Source of the DNA: Candidatus Thorarchaeota archaeon SMTZ1-45
GTDB taxonomy: Archaea > Asgardarchaeota > Thorarchaeia > Thorarchaeales > Thorarchaeaceae
Length of the DNA: 64,000 bases
Assembly: GCA_001563335.1 (NCBI GenBank)
Contig: LRSL01000076.1
Coordinates: 1 to 64,000, forward strand
Reading direction: 5' to 3'
Made by a program: the position numbers and the translations under genes. The notes under the pieces are model-generated. The model saw only the letters and a list, made by a program, of their open reading frames with translations. It did not search any database and was not told the origin of the DNA. Every line of letters starts with the position of its first letter. The first letter of the stretch is position 1. Below are positions 8,442 through 18,524 of this stretch, in pieces.

Positions 8442-10235
8442 ATGAAAGTGAATGGAAGTTATAAGCATCAAACTGCAACAGAGTATATACTATCAGGTAT
8501 GCGAAAGCACCCATTTCTTACCCTGGGTGCATTCGTACTAACTTTCGTTGCCTCTATCTTCACTGCATTGCCTTTTATCATAGTTGGTCAGGCAATCGAT
8601 CTCCTACGTCTTGAGGGATTTAGTTCTGGTTTTGTTTCACTAATTTGGATGATAGTCCTCATTGGACTGGTCTATCTTGCATTCAATTTCATTGCAGGGG
8701 CTTCATGGGCGGCTGTGATATCTGGTTGGGAACGTGACGCAAGACAGGAGCTATTCGAATCACTACAGGATCATAGTATGGCTTTTCATGATCAGATTGA
8801 TAGTAAGAAGCTTCTATCTATCTCTATGCAGGATATCAACTGGATACGATGGTCTCTGAATCCAGGCCTCCGAATGATAATTGGCTCATTTGCGACATAT
8901 GGAATCACTGCTTTCATCCTTTGGAACATCAGTCAAATATTGAGCTTCATTATGATTGCTGGTCTACCAATCTATCTCTATTTCGCAATTCGATACGCTC
9001 AGATTGTTGAACCAGTCAGACGTCTGAGGGCTGAACGGATGGAGGATCTGACATCAGTTTCTCAAGAGGTCTTTAGAGGTATCGAAGTTGTACGGGCATT
9101 TGGTTCTGAAGAGGAAGAGAAGCAGAAGTTCAGTGATACGAGCCTCAGGTATGCTAGTTCAGTCGAGAAGGAAGGTCGTCTGTCAGCATTCTTCTACCCT
9201 CAACTGATACTTATTCTTGTTACAACTATCTCTTTCCTCTATGGTGCTACCCTCCTTGTTTCAGGGACAATAAGCGTCGGTGATTTAATTCAGATTCTAA
9301 CTCTACTCCTTGCTGTTGATGCACAGAACTTCATGCTCCCAAGAAATCTTCTTTTGATACGAGGTGCATTCGTGAATGCACAAAGAATCATTGACCTTCT
9401 AAATTGGCAAGATCCACTTACTGAGCCCGAGAAATTTGATGGGCAACTCAATCTAGCAGGAGATATAGTATTCGAGGATGTGTCTTTTAGATATCCGAGT
9501 GCGAATGGAAATGGTAGCTCTGCCCTTAGAAACCTCAACTTTATAATACCTGAGGGGTCGAGAGTTGCACTGATTGGTGGACCAGGAGGCGGCAAGAGTT
9601 CGGTTCTGAAGTTGCTTCTCCGGTTCTATGACCCGACTGAAGGTCGAGTGATGATAGGAGGTACTGACTTGCGTGATGTGCCTTCAGAGGTTGTCAGAAA
9701 CGCAGTTGGACTGGTTGAGCAAGATGTGTTTCTCTTCAAGATGTCTATCAGGGATAACATTGCATATGGATGCGAGAATGCCTCAGATGAATCTATAATA
9801 AACGCTGCAAAGAGAGCACAGGCGCATGAATTCATTGTAGAAACTCCCTCTGGATATGATACAGTTATTGGAGAGCGTGGTATGACTCTCTCTGGTGGTC
9901 AACGTCAACGCCTTGCTATTGCACGTACCCTTCTCCATAATCCTTCAATTCTTCTTCTTGATGATTCCACGAGCGCAATTGATGCACGAACTGAATACCT
10001 CATGCGACGCGCCCTCGATGAAGCTATGGTTGACAGGACAAGCATAACTGTGACTCAGAGGCTTCGTACACTAATCGAGTCTGATCTAATCATGATAGTA
10101 GATAAAGGTCAACTAATCGCTTTTGGTTCTCATAATGAACTCCTGAGGGACTCTCCTCACTACAGACAGATTTTCGAACAACTTCCTGAAACTCGAAAGA
10201 TGCTTGAAACAGTACCAATCGTAGGAGGTGTCTGA
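8442..10235 (+). CDS. ABC exporter subunit (TMD+NBD) with degenerate ATPase site
   Basis: Six-TM domain, GGPGGGKS, LSGGQ, Walker B LLLDD, Q in place of the switch His. Confidence 0.9.
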   Translation: MKVNGSYKHQTATEYILSGMRKHPFLTLGAFVLTFVASIFTALPFIIVGQAIDLLRLEGFSSGFVSLIWMIVLIGLVYLAFNFIAGASWAAVISGWERDARQELFESLQDHSMAFHDQIDSKKLLSISMQDINWIRWSLNPGLRMIIGSFATYGITAFILWNISQILSFIMIAGLPIYLYFAIRYAQIVEPVRRLRAERMEDLTSVSQEVFRGIEVVRAFGSEEEEKQKFSDTSLRYASSVEKEGRLSAFFYPQLILILVTTISFLYGATLLVSGTISVGDLIQILTLLLAVDAQNFMLPRNLLLIRGAFVNAQRIIDLLNWQDPLTEPEKFDGQLNLAGDIVFEDVSFRYPSANGNGSSALRNLNFIIPEGSRVALIGGPGGGKSSVLKLLLRFYDPTEGRVMIGGTDLRDVPSEVVRNAVGLVEQDVFLFKMSIRDNIAYGCENASDESIINAAKRAQAHEFIVETPSGYDTVIGERGMTLSGGQRQRLAIARTLLHNPSILLLDDSTSAIDARTEYLMRRALDEAMVDRTSITVTQRLRTLIESDLIMIVDKGQLIAFGSHNELLRDSPHYRQIFEQLPETRKMLETVPIVGGV

Positions 10236-10237
10236 GT

Positions 10238-12088
10238 ATGAGTCATGATGGTCACACTAGATCAGGGAAAAAGAAGCGAAGTCGACCGATTGGACTTTTA
10301 CTACGACGTATGGGTGGATACTTCGCAGGTTTTCGGAGGATTATTATCACTGGCGCGATTCTTGCAATTCTCGCTAGTGCAGTCGATGCAATCAGTCCAA
10401 TTGTATTATCTCAAGGCATAGATGCAGCACTCGGAACCACAAATGTTGCTAGCCTTATCATTATGCTGACGCTGGCATATCTTGGACTGCGTTTAGCTTC
10501 ATGGATTGCTGGGTCATTCTACACCCGAGTGATAGCAAAGGCTCAAGCTGGGTTTGTCAACAAGATACAGGAAGACACCTATTCACACCTGATTGATGCA
10601 GATTTATCATTCCATAAGAGCGAACAGAGTGGAAACGTGACTTCCAGAGTGACCTCAGATACTGACGCTTTGAGCTCTGGAATAGAGGTTTTGATGGATA
10701 TAGCAAGCCAGTTGGTGCTCCTTGTCTTGACATTCATTGTACTGTGGGTCACATCTCCAGTGGTTGCGATGACCTCATTGATCACAGTCCCCATCGTAGT
10801 GGTAATGGCTGCACTTTATGGAACAATAGGTCAGCGAACAATGCTAGCTACACAAAGAGCATATGGTATGGTGTCAGGTCAGATTGCTGAAAATCTAAGT
10901 GGAATTCAAATTGCAAAGGCATTCAATCGGGAGCGTGAAACAAATAGTCACCTGCTTGAGTTGAATAACGAATCATACAAGCATAATTTCCGATTGACAT
11001 TATTCTTCACATTTCTCTTTCCCACTGTTGGCGCAATGAGTGTCTTCATTTTGGCTGCGGTCTTGTTTGTTGGGGCTGGTTTAGCCACAGGAACTGCAGC
11101 TGTGCTCAGTATTGGAGAGCTCTTCCTGGGAGTCATTCTAGTTCAGCGTTTTATGTTTCCACTCTTGATAATTAGTCTTCAAGGCGCACAGATTCAGGCA
11201 TCTCTAGCTGCAATGGATCGGATATCCGATGTCATTGATGCTAAGCCTACTCTTATAGAAGCAAGTGATGCAGTCCCTCTTGACTCATCAAGTGATGGTA
11301 TTACATTCGAGAATGTTACATTCTCTTATGTTAATGGAACAGACGTGCTCAAAGATGTGAGCTTTAAGATAGAACCTGGATCTACAGTCGCAATCGTTGG
11401 TGCTACTGGAGCAGGAAAAACTACCATTACCGCATTAATCAATAGATTCTATGACCCTCCAAAAGGCAGAATCCAAATAGGCGAACAAGACATCTCAAAG
11501 GTTACTCTTCGTTCTCTTCATGATACTGTAGCTCTTGTTTCTCAGGAACCATACCTGTTCGATGGCACAGTCATGGAGAATATAAAATATAGCAAACCTG
11601 ATATCAATGATGATGAGATTAAACAACTTTGCCATCTGACAAAGGCTTGTGAGTTTATAGAAACCCTACCAGATGCATACGATTCTCGTGTCTTGGAGGG
11701 GGGAAAGAATCTTAGCTCAGGTCAGAGACAAATGATCACAATAGTGAGAACGCTAGTTGCAAATCCAAGAATACTGATTCTAGATGAAGCCACAAGTAGA
11801 TTGGATGCCTACTCTGAATCACTTGTTCAAAAAGCTCAGGAGCGGTTGTTCTCAGGAAGAACTACAATTGTAATCGCCCATCGACTCAGCACAATCGCAA
11901 ATGCAGATAGAATTCTCGTGTTTGATAAAGGTAGGTTGGTTGAGCAGGGTACTCATTCAGAACTACTTCAAACAAAGGGAATCTACGAATCGTTGTACAG
12001 GACATACTATGCACATCAGGGGATTGAGGAGCTAGACGAAAAACTTCTCGAACAAACCGAAGTGATAGTTGAAGTTAAATCTGCATGA
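10238..12088 (+). CDS. ABC exporter subunit (TMD+NBD), heterodimer partner
   Basis: GATGAGKT, LSSGQ, ILDEATS, IAHRLST; 2 bp from the preceding gene. Confidence 0.9.
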   Translation: MSHDGHTRSGKKKRSRPIGLLLRRMGGYFAGFRRIIITGAILAILASAVDAISPIVLSQGIDAALGTTNVASLIIMLTLAYLGLRLASWIAGSFYTRVIAKAQAGFVNKIQEDTYSHLIDADLSFHKSEQSGNVTSRVTSDTDALSSGIEVLMDIASQLVLLVLTFIVLWVTSPVVAMTSLITVPIVVVMAALYGTIGQRTMLATQRAYGMVSGQIAENLSGIQIAKAFNRERETNSHLLELNNESYKHNFRLTLFFTFLFPTVGAMSVFILAAVLFVGAGLATGTAAVLSIGELFLGVILVQRFMFPLLIISLQGAQIQASLAAMDRISDVIDAKPTLIEASDAVPLDSSSDGITFENVTFSYVNGTDVLKDVSFKIEPGSTVAIVGATGAGKTTITALINRFYDPPKGRIQIGEQDISKVTLRSLHDTVALVSQEPYLFDGTVMENIKYSKPDINDDEIKQLCHLTKACEFIETLPDAYDSRVLEGGKNLSSGQRQMITIVRTLVANPRILILDEATSRLDAYSESLVQKAQERLFSGRTTIVIAHRLSTIANADRILVFDKGRLVEQGTHSELLQTKGIYESLYRTYYAHQGIEELDEKLLEQTEVIVEVKSA

Positions 12089-12205
12089 TATACCGTTGAT
12101 CTCTCAATCAAATTATACAAGTATTTTCAAATCAACTTGATTGAATTCAGTAGGTCACGACATAATTGGTAACTATTCTAAGAGTTCTTATTCATCATCA
12201 TTTTG

Positions 12206-13123
12206 TTATTTCTTAGTCTTTATCTCTGATAGTGTTAGATGAATTGATTCCCTTATTGTAAGAAGTTTCTGAGGAATTATCTCCCTGATTCTATTCTCAC
12301 TGCAAATGGTTTCATGACTTAGTCCTTCGATTAAAGGACGTGCAATTGATGCTTGAATTGGAGTAATTAGGTTGATCCAATAGCTACTCAATCTCGGTGT
12401 TAGAAGAGGTATAGGGACAACCAATCTTCTATGGAGTCCTGCCTCTTTTGCGTATACTCTCATCAAATCGTGATATGTTGTGATTTCAGGTCCTCCCATG
12501 TCAAATGTATCCCCAACGGTTTCTGGTTTTTCAAGACATCTGACGAGATATAACACAGTGTCTTCTATTGATATTGGCTGAGTCTTAGTTCTTACCCATC
12601 TTGGGGTTATCATTACAGGCAGTCTGTCAACTAAGTAATGCATGATCTCAAAAGACGCAGAACCCGATCCAATTATCATGGCTGCTTGAAAGGTTGTGAC
12701 TGGTGTTTTCGATGTTCGGAGTATTCTGTCGACTTCTTTTCGAGATAGAAGGTGTTTACTCAGATTGTCTTCCACTTTGCCAAGACCGCTGAAATAAATT
12801 ATTCTCTTGGTTCCAAGTTCATCTGCGAGTGACGTAATATTCCTAGCTGCTGTTCTATCCATTTCTTCAAAGTTCTTGCCTGAATACATTGAATGAATTA
12901 GGTAGTAAACAACATCACAACCTTCCATAGCATGTTCCAATTCATCGCGGTTGAAAACATCAACACGAACCGGGTCAAGATTCGTGTGGTTTATCCAAGT
13001 TTGCACCAATAGTTTGCTTCTTGTTCTCCAACCAACGCGTACATTGTATCCCTTATCAAGCAATTTTGGAACAAGCCTTGAACCAACATATCCGGTTGAA
13101 CCAAGAACCAGAATTTTATACAT
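12206..13123 (-). CDS. NAD(P)-binding atypical SDR (YbjT-like)
   Basis: VLGSTGYVG Rossmann motif, YYLIHSM, IIGSGSASFE. Confidence 0.85.
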   Translation of the reverse strand: MYKILVLGSTGYVGSRLVPKLLDKGYNVRVGWRTRSKLLVQTWINHTNLDPVRVDVFNRDELEHAMEGCDVVYYLIHSMYSGKNFEEMDRTAARNITSLADELGTKRIIYFSGLGKVEDNLSKHLLSRKEVDRILRTSKTPVTTFQAAMIIGSGSASFEIMHYLVDRLPVMITPRWVRTKTQPISIEDTVLYLVRCLEKPETVGDTFDMGGPEITTYHDLMRVYAKEAGLHRRLVVPIPLLTPRLSSYWINLITPIQASIARPLIEGLSHETICSENRIREIIPQKLLTIRESIHLTLSEIKTKK

Positions 13124-13162
13124 TGTAATTTCCTCAGAGTGAAAAAACTGTATCAAATCTTA

Positions 13163-13630
13163 CTATTTAGTTCCTAAAATATCTCCAAGGGCAGTTTCAA
13201 GAGACTCTGCCTTCTCTTCAGACAAACCTCCCTGTGTTTCCCAGAGTATTTTTCCCTCTCTATCAATCAAATACACGTAGATTGTTTCCTCTGTCACAAT
13301 ATCCAGAGCTTCTTTGAAGGGATCTTTGTCGATATATAGTGTGATTGTCCTCTCTCGCGTACCTCTTGACTGAATTCCTGCTCTCATTCCTCCATCGATG
13401 AACCGCCTATAGAGCACATTCATCTTTCGGATGGTTGGAAGCTCATAATAATCCATATTCTCATGGATTTCTATCAATGATTCCAAAAATGGAACCCAAC
13501 TGTCTACTAATCCTTGTTGCCACTGTTGAAATGCAACCATTACAATGTTGATCTCCCCTCGAAGTTGGGATGGTATCTCTATCATCTCACGATTGAGATT
13601 CTCTGCTTTCAACTGTGGAAAAACTCTCAT
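13163..13630 (-). CDS. Thioredoxin-fold protein lacking CxxC, ATP10-like
   Basis: FPQLKAENL...VAFQQWQQ..VDSW...YELPTI...FIDGGMRAGI...VYLIDREGKILW. Confidence 0.55.
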   Translation of the reverse strand: MRVFPQLKAENLNREMIEIPSQLRGEINIVMVAFQQWQQGLVDSWVPFLESLIEIHENMDYYELPTIRKMNVLYRRFIDGGMRAGIQSRGTRERTITLYIDKDPFKEALDIVTEETIYVYLIDREGKILWETQGGLSEEKAESLETALGDILGTK

Positions 13631-13736
13631 AACATTCACATTCCAATCTTCATTAACAATTGTTATCAATCTTCGGATGAGTCTATTCCAAAGGATTCAT
13701 CTTACATATTGTTCCACTTTGTTAGGAGGAATCATC

Positions 13737-14183
13737 GTGGAGATAAACCCAGAAGTAAAGAAACGCATTAACAAGGTGCTCGATTCTCAGAGCATCGCGG
13801 TTCTTGGGACTTCAAATAAAGACGAACCCTACTCTTGTCTTGTTGGGTTTGCTATAAGTGAGGATTTGAAAGAACTTGTATTTGCGACCATGCGTCAGAG
13901 ACTGAAATACAAGAATATGATAGCAAATCCTAGAGTCACTCTCATGATTGATGACCGAGATACACAAGCCAGCGACTTCAATGATACTACATCAATAACA
14001 ATCGTTGGTTCTGCAAAAGATATGACTGGAAATGAACGTGAAAAATATGTATCCATGTTGCTGCAGCGTCAACCAGCTTTGACTGAGTTTGTGAGTTCAG
14101 AGGATTGCGCCATCATGAGAGTCACAGTAGACAAAATCTATGTTGTGAGTGAGTTTGAATCAGTTGTGAAGATTGGCGTTTAG
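13737..14183 (+). CDS. Pyridoxamine 5'-phosphate oxidase family (FMN-binding split barrel)
   Basis: AVLGT...PYSCLV...KYKNMIANPRVTLMID; GTG start with AGGAGG RBS. Confidence 0.85.
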   Translation: MEINPEVKKRINKVLDSQSIAVLGTSNKDEPYSCLVGFAISEDLKELVFATMRQRLKYKNMIANPRVTLMIDDRDTQASDFNDTTSITIVGSAKDMTGNEREKYVSMLLQRQPALTEFVSSEDCAIMRVTVDKIYVVSEFESVVKIGV

Positions 14184-14285
14184 CGATTTAATGTTAGCAA
14201 TGTCCTATCTTGCTACAAATACCATTCTTTTTCGGTTTTTATGATTATGAGAATCCTTTAGTAGCATAACATCATAGGAAAACGA

Positions 14286-14362
14286 GGTGGGCGTCCGCGA
14301 AGAATCTTGGTACTTTACATCCATTAGTACCACACCCAACTGATTCTTCATTGACGCTCACC
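14286..14362. other. Long interrupted intergenic stem-loop
   Basis: Nested helices GGTGGGCGTC/GACGCTCACC, GAAGAATC/GATTCTTC and TGGTACT/AGTACCA. Confidence 0.55.
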
Positions 14363-14427
14363 CCTTTTGAAGTCATATATTACTTCAGCTAATACAAATT
14401 CCCTATAACGTGGATGGAGGAATCAGA

Positions 14428-14988
14428 TTGTCTAACTCTCTCTACTTTCTTAGACATGCAGAAACTAAGATAGAATTGTCTATACCAGTCCGTGAGTGGT
14501 CTATTACAAATGAGGGCATCTTGTTGACCCGAGAGCTAGCCAAGTCTGATCAACTCAGCGCAATTGATGGAATCATACACTCAAGCGAACCTAAAGCAAG
14601 ACAGACTGCTGAGATTTTTGCTGAAGGACTTGATATCCAAATGTATCAAATCTCTGGCTTTGATGAGCTTAGTCGAGAACATGAAGGTAAATTGACGAAT
14701 GAAGAATATCGAGATCGAGTTAGAAGAACGCTCACCAATCTGGAGGAAAATGTCATTGGTTGGGAATCTGGAGCTGACGCACTAAAACGATTCGAGGATG
14801 CTGTCAAGAAAATAGACATTATGTTTCATCAGAAAAACATCCTCATTGTTACTCATGGAATAGTGCTCATTCTTTATTTCAGTAAATTGAAAGGGTTACT
14901 ATCTATCGCTTTTGAGAGATGGAGTCAGCTAGAATTCCTTGCTTGGGGACTTGTCAGAGATGGCTGTGTTCTTGTGGATATAGTATAA
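14428..14988 (+). CDS. Histidine phosphatase family protein
   Basis: FLRHAET, SSEPKARQTA, IVTHG; TTG start after GGAGG. Confidence 0.85.
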   Translation: MSNSLYFLRHAETKIELSIPVREWSITNEGILLTRELAKSDQLSAIDGIIHSSEPKARQTAEIFAEGLDIQMYQISGFDELSREHEGKLTNEEYRDRVRRTLTNLEENVIGWESGADALKRFEDAVKKIDIMFHQKNILIVTHGIVLILYFSKLKGLLSIAFERWSQLEFLAWGLVRDGCVLVDIV

Positions 14989-15038
14989 TCACCTAACCTT
15001 TTTGAGGGGTGTAAGAATACGAATCGGAGTGATTTGTA

Positions 15039-15551
15039 ATGACGAAGGTTACTATGAAAATGCTTTCATCGTTTTCCAAGTTCAAATCCGATTGGGAGAA
15101 GGATGTAGGAAAACCAGAGAACACGATCATGTATTATCTAATTGCTGCCCTCAATATTGAGAAAAATCCTGACCTCGCAGATGCGATGATGACTGTAGTA
15201 GTATCAAAGAAAGACTGTGTTGAAGACAGTGGGTCTCCATCAGGTCTGAAGTTAGGAAGAAGTGCAAAATATTTCGTTGGTCAGTTTCAGAAGAACAAGA
15301 ATATTGCCCGGTCTTATGTTGGGGGAACTCCTCAGAATGGTTACAAGATTGATAATAACCACCTCATCATGACTGTCACCAAGAAACAGGAACATGGCAA
15401 GGGCCTAAAGATCTTCATCGATAGTGGTGGCAAAGATATGGACACTCCAGTACAGCTCCAAAAGAACAATGCCGGTCAATGGAAACTAACAGAGTATAGC
15501 TCTATTTGTACCGGTGTGCGAAAGACTCTGCAAGAAGAGGGTGACTTCTGA
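15039..15551 (+). CDS. Hypothetical soluble protein
   Basis: 170-aa ORF with RBS; IARSYVGGTP..GY, FIDSGGKD, WKLTEYSSICTGVR. Confidence 0.7.
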   Translation: MTKVTMKMLSSFSKFKSDWEKDVGKPENTIMYYLIAALNIEKNPDLADAMMTVVVSKKDCVEDSGSPSGLKLGRSAKYFVGQFQKNKNIARSYVGGTPQNGYKIDNNHLIMTVTKKQEHGKGLKIFIDSGGKDMDTPVQLQKNNAGQWKLTEYSSICTGVRKTLQEEGDF

Positions 15552-15598
15552 AGATAGACGGATTTCATCAACCCGTACATCCTTTCTTGATTCCAGTC

Positions 15599-16090
15599 TT
15601 ATTGAAGAGTGCTCAGCATCTGAAATACATCTGGGCATGCTCCTGCATCGCTAGACTGGACTTCAATATGACGTATAATTCCCTTCTTATCGATGACAAA
15701 GATACCTCTCTTCCCATAACCCTCCTTTGGTACAAAACAGTCGTACCTTAGGGTAACTTTTCCTGGAGGATCATGATCTGATAAAACCGGAAACCCAAGA
15801 CCGCGAAGACTTTTTACCCATTTCCTGTTTTTGGATATGGAGTCCATGTTCATGCCCAAGACTTGTGTGTCCAATTCTTTGAATTTCATTATACTATCTC
15901 TATATAGCAGAAGATAGTTCTTACAGGAATCGTTGAGTTCACCAGGGTTCAAAGCCAACAGGACATTATGCTTCCCTCGGTAGTCCGAAAGACGTATCAT
16001 CTTGCCATCCTGATCAGGTAACTCGAAATCAGGAGCTTCTTCTCCAACATTCAAACACACATTTTGTTGACGTAGCAGCATTTGAATCAC
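15599..16090 (-). CDS. Peroxiredoxin-like (AhpC/TSA) protein with atypical active site
   Basis: [42 protein letters not shown]; the true start may be slightly downstream. Confidence 0.85.
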   Translation of the reverse strand: MIQMLLRQQNVCLNVGEEAPDFELPDQDGKMIRLSDYRGKHNVLLALNPGELNDSCKNYLLLYRDSIMKFKELDTQVLGMNMDSISKNRKWVKSLRGLGFPVLSDHDPPGKVTLRYDCFVPKEGYGKRGIFVIDKKGIIRHIEVQSSDAGACPDVFQMLSTLQ

Positions 16091-16258
16091 ATCTAATCAT
16101 AGTTAACAATAGTTAAAGATTTTCTCCTATGGTCTTTTTTTAATTATAGTACATTATATTGGTAACCGTAATACTTTTATATGTAATACTATTACAAATT
16201 ACATAATAACTGTAAGAGTTCGTGTGTGATTGGCACAGTTGGAGGAGATGCAGCAAAA

Positions 16259-16366
16259 ATGGCTGATGGTGCAGCGAACAACGAGTCCTTCGCAAAACGA
16301 GGGAAAAGAAATCCGAGACTCAGAACGCTTGATTCCCTGTACTACGACTTTGCTCGAATAAAATGA
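16259..16366 (+). CDS. Small ORF, 35 aa (MADGAANNESFAKRGKRNPRLRTLDSLYYDFARIK)
   Basis: Read manually. GGAGG upstream; AT-rich promoter-like region with TTTTATAT at ~16174-16182. Confidence 0.45.
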   Translation: MADGAANNESFAKRGKRNPRLRTLDSLYYDFARIK

Positions 16367-16388
16367 GCATGAATGGAGGTGAAGTGTA

Positions 16389-16484
16389 ATGGCACTTGCA
16401 AAAACCGATAAGAAAAAACTGCACTATGGTAAGAAGCTTCAAAGTACAGAAGCATTGGCTTATGCATATCTCTATAACAAGTAG
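16389..16484 (+). CDS. Small basic ORF, 31 aa (MALAKTDKKKLHYGKKLQSTEALAYAYLYNK)
   Basis: GGAGGTGA RBS at 16375-16382, 6 nt before the ATG; followed by the hairpin GTGCCTGC/GCGGGCAC. Confidence 0.55.
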   Translation: MALAKTDKKKLHYGKKLQSTEALAYAYLYNK

Positions 16485-16618
16485 AGGTCGTAGCATCAGC
16501 CATTCAGATCAATCAATGATGAGGTTGTGCCTGCTCATATCGCGGGCACTCTCATTGTCATTTTCTATAAGCTTGTTTTTCTTGGTGATTTTATACCCTT
16601 GTTAATGTACTAAGATTC

Positions 16619-16960
16619 ATGGGGACACAAGTCAATGCAAGAGTTGCATCCTTTATCGTCTATGACACCCGAGGTCTCTCAGAAGCGGATGTTGTCTACG
16701 AGTCTGCAGTTAAAATTACAAATGATATCATGGAGGGGATAGAACGGCTGGCTCTTTCAGACACCATAAAGACTGCTACTCTCTTTATTCATGGATCTGG
16801 AGCACAACTCATTCTTCTTGTGCACGCATTCGATGAAGAGTTGATTGCACCCGAATTTGAAAGCACTCTCAAGAGTGTGACTTATGATTCTGAAACTGGA
16901 TATATCCAACGACATGTGATTCCTATCCTTGATATCGATTCTTCTATGAATTCACCCTAG
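16619..16960 (+). CDS. Hypothetical protein
   Basis: 113-aa ORF filling the gap, with TTTATA upstream. Confidence 0.6.
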   Translation: MGTQVNARVASFIVYDTRGLSEADVVYESAVKITNDIMEGIERLALSDTIKTATLFIHGSGAQLILLVHAFDEELIAPEFESTLKSVTYDSETGYIQRHVIPILDIDSSMNSP

Positions 16961-17025
16961 CTTGTGAATCCGAAATTTGGCTCGAGAGCAGGGTTCTTAT
17001 GGTGCTCTACCAATGAAGACTTTGG

Positions 17026-18168
17026 GTGTCTGGGTATTTGAAACTTGAACGCTTTGAGCTTGAACGTTTCCAGTCTGAATGGGAACATCGTGTTGAGTAC
17101 AACCTGAGTGAAAGTGGAGTCGAACCACTCCGCATCAATGAACTACTTCAAACTCAGGATTTGAAAAACCAACTCTTAGAGATTCAACTTGGATACTCTC
17201 AAACAAATGGAACTATTCAACTTCGTGAAGCAATATCTTATCATTATCCTGGAACTAGTGCTGAACACATTCTAGCAACCTCTGGAGGGGCTGAAGCCAA
17301 CTTTTTGGTAACATGGTGGTTGCATAGAGAAAGTCCAGAGCATGATGAGCTCATCTTCATGATTCCAAACTATATGCAGATTGGCGGCATATGGAAAAAC
17401 CTTGGCGGGAAGGTGATACCCTTCAAGCTCGAGATGGTCAATGGCAAGTGGACTCCTGATATTGAAGGCCTAAAGGCTACGATTTCAAGGAAGACTGCTG
17501 CTATTGCTATATGCACTCCTAACAATCCCACAGGTAAAATCCTTTCAGAGGGTGATCTAAATGCCATCATTGACATTGCTGGTGAACATGATGTATGGGT
17601 TGCATCAGATGAAATCTATCGTGGTGCTGAGCTTCAGGGTAACAAAGCTCCATCAATGCATGGCCTCTATAATAAGACTCTCATCACCTCAAGCCTATCC
17701 AAGGCTTATGGTCTACCTGGTCTCAGAATAGGCTGGATTGTTTGCCCGACACCTGAGGTTGCTAAGGAACTATGGACTTATTCTGATTATACGACCATAT
17801 GCCCGACAAAGACAAGCGACTGGTTAGCAACAATTGCTTTGCAGCCCAAAGTTCAGTCTATGATTGAAGAACGTACTCGGAAGGTGGTCAGTGAGAATTG
17901 GATGGTCATGGAGAAATGGATTGCTTCAAATTCCGATCTGCTGTCAGGACTAGCCCCTGAGGCTGCAGCTATCTGTTTCATCAAGCTCAAGGATGGTATT
18001 AATTCGCTTGACTTCGTTCATCGACTTCTGAATGAAAAGAGTGTCCTAATCTCACCTGGTGACCACTTTGATACACCTGGGTTTATTCGCATTGGATTCG
18101 GAAGCAAGCAAGAGTATCTTGAACATGCGTTAGAGAGGATTAGTGAACTTCTGGATACATATCGTTGA
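17026..18168 (+). CDS. PLP-dependent aminotransferase class I/II
   Basis: TPNNPTG, SDEIY, SLSKAYGLPGLRIGW, FIRIGF. Confidence 0.93.
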   Translation: MSGYLKLERFELERFQSEWEHRVEYNLSESGVEPLRINELLQTQDLKNQLLEIQLGYSQTNGTIQLREAISYHYPGTSAEHILATSGGAEANFLVTWWLHRESPEHDELIFMIPNYMQIGGIWKNLGGKVIPFKLEMVNGKWTPDIEGLKATISRKTAAIAICTPNNPTGKILSEGDLNAIIDIAGEHDVWVASDEIYRGAELQGNKAPSMHGLYNKTLITSSLSKAYGLPGLRIGWIVCPTPEVAKELWTYSDYTTICPTKTSDWLATIALQPKVQSMIEERTRKVVSENWMVMEKWIASNSDLLSGLAPEAAAICFIKLKDGINSLDFVHRLLNEKSVLISPGDHFDTPGFIRIGFGSKQEYLEHALERISELLDTYR

Positions 18169-18392
18169 ATTTTCTCTCTTACTATTGCACTTTTATCCTC
18201 TTGATAAACTCAAAGTTATTTATGACTCCCCAAAAATGAAAAATAAAGTTTCATATATCATTAAAAATGAACGCAAACAATTTTGGAATCTTTTACCTAT
18301 TAATTCGAGTTTTGGGATGTTCAATGTGTTAAACGTATATTTTGAATATATTTGTTTCATACCAAGAATTGCAGTTGAATGAAGACTGCAGG

Positions 18393-18524
18393 ATGCAAGA
18401 TAAAGTGACAACAGAGATTAAACAGCCTAAGAGCGAGCGGATGCATGAAGAAGTCATTGATAAAGAGAGACGGAGGCTTGCACTGCTTATAGAATTGGCG
18501 AAGGTTTACTATGATGGTCCATAA
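18393..18524 (+). CDS. Small ORF, 43 aa, coupled to the downstream TPR gene
   Basis: MQDKVTTEIKQPKSERMHEEVIDKERRRLALLIELAKVYYDGP; TAATG stop/start overlap. Confidence 0.5.
   Translation: MQDKVTTEIKQPKSERMHEEVIDKERRRLALLIELAKVYYDGP

Noticed and set aside
8442-12088. Degenerate Walker B and switch residues as a sign of pseudogenisation
   Set aside because: This is the normal asymmetric pattern of heterodimeric ABC exporters of the TM287/288 type.
16259-16562. Selenocysteine read-through of the TGA-GCA-TGA after the 35-aa ORF, with the downstream hairpin as SECIS
   Set aside because: The hairpin lacks the AUGA/GA core geometry, and the read-through product resembles no selenoprotein I know.
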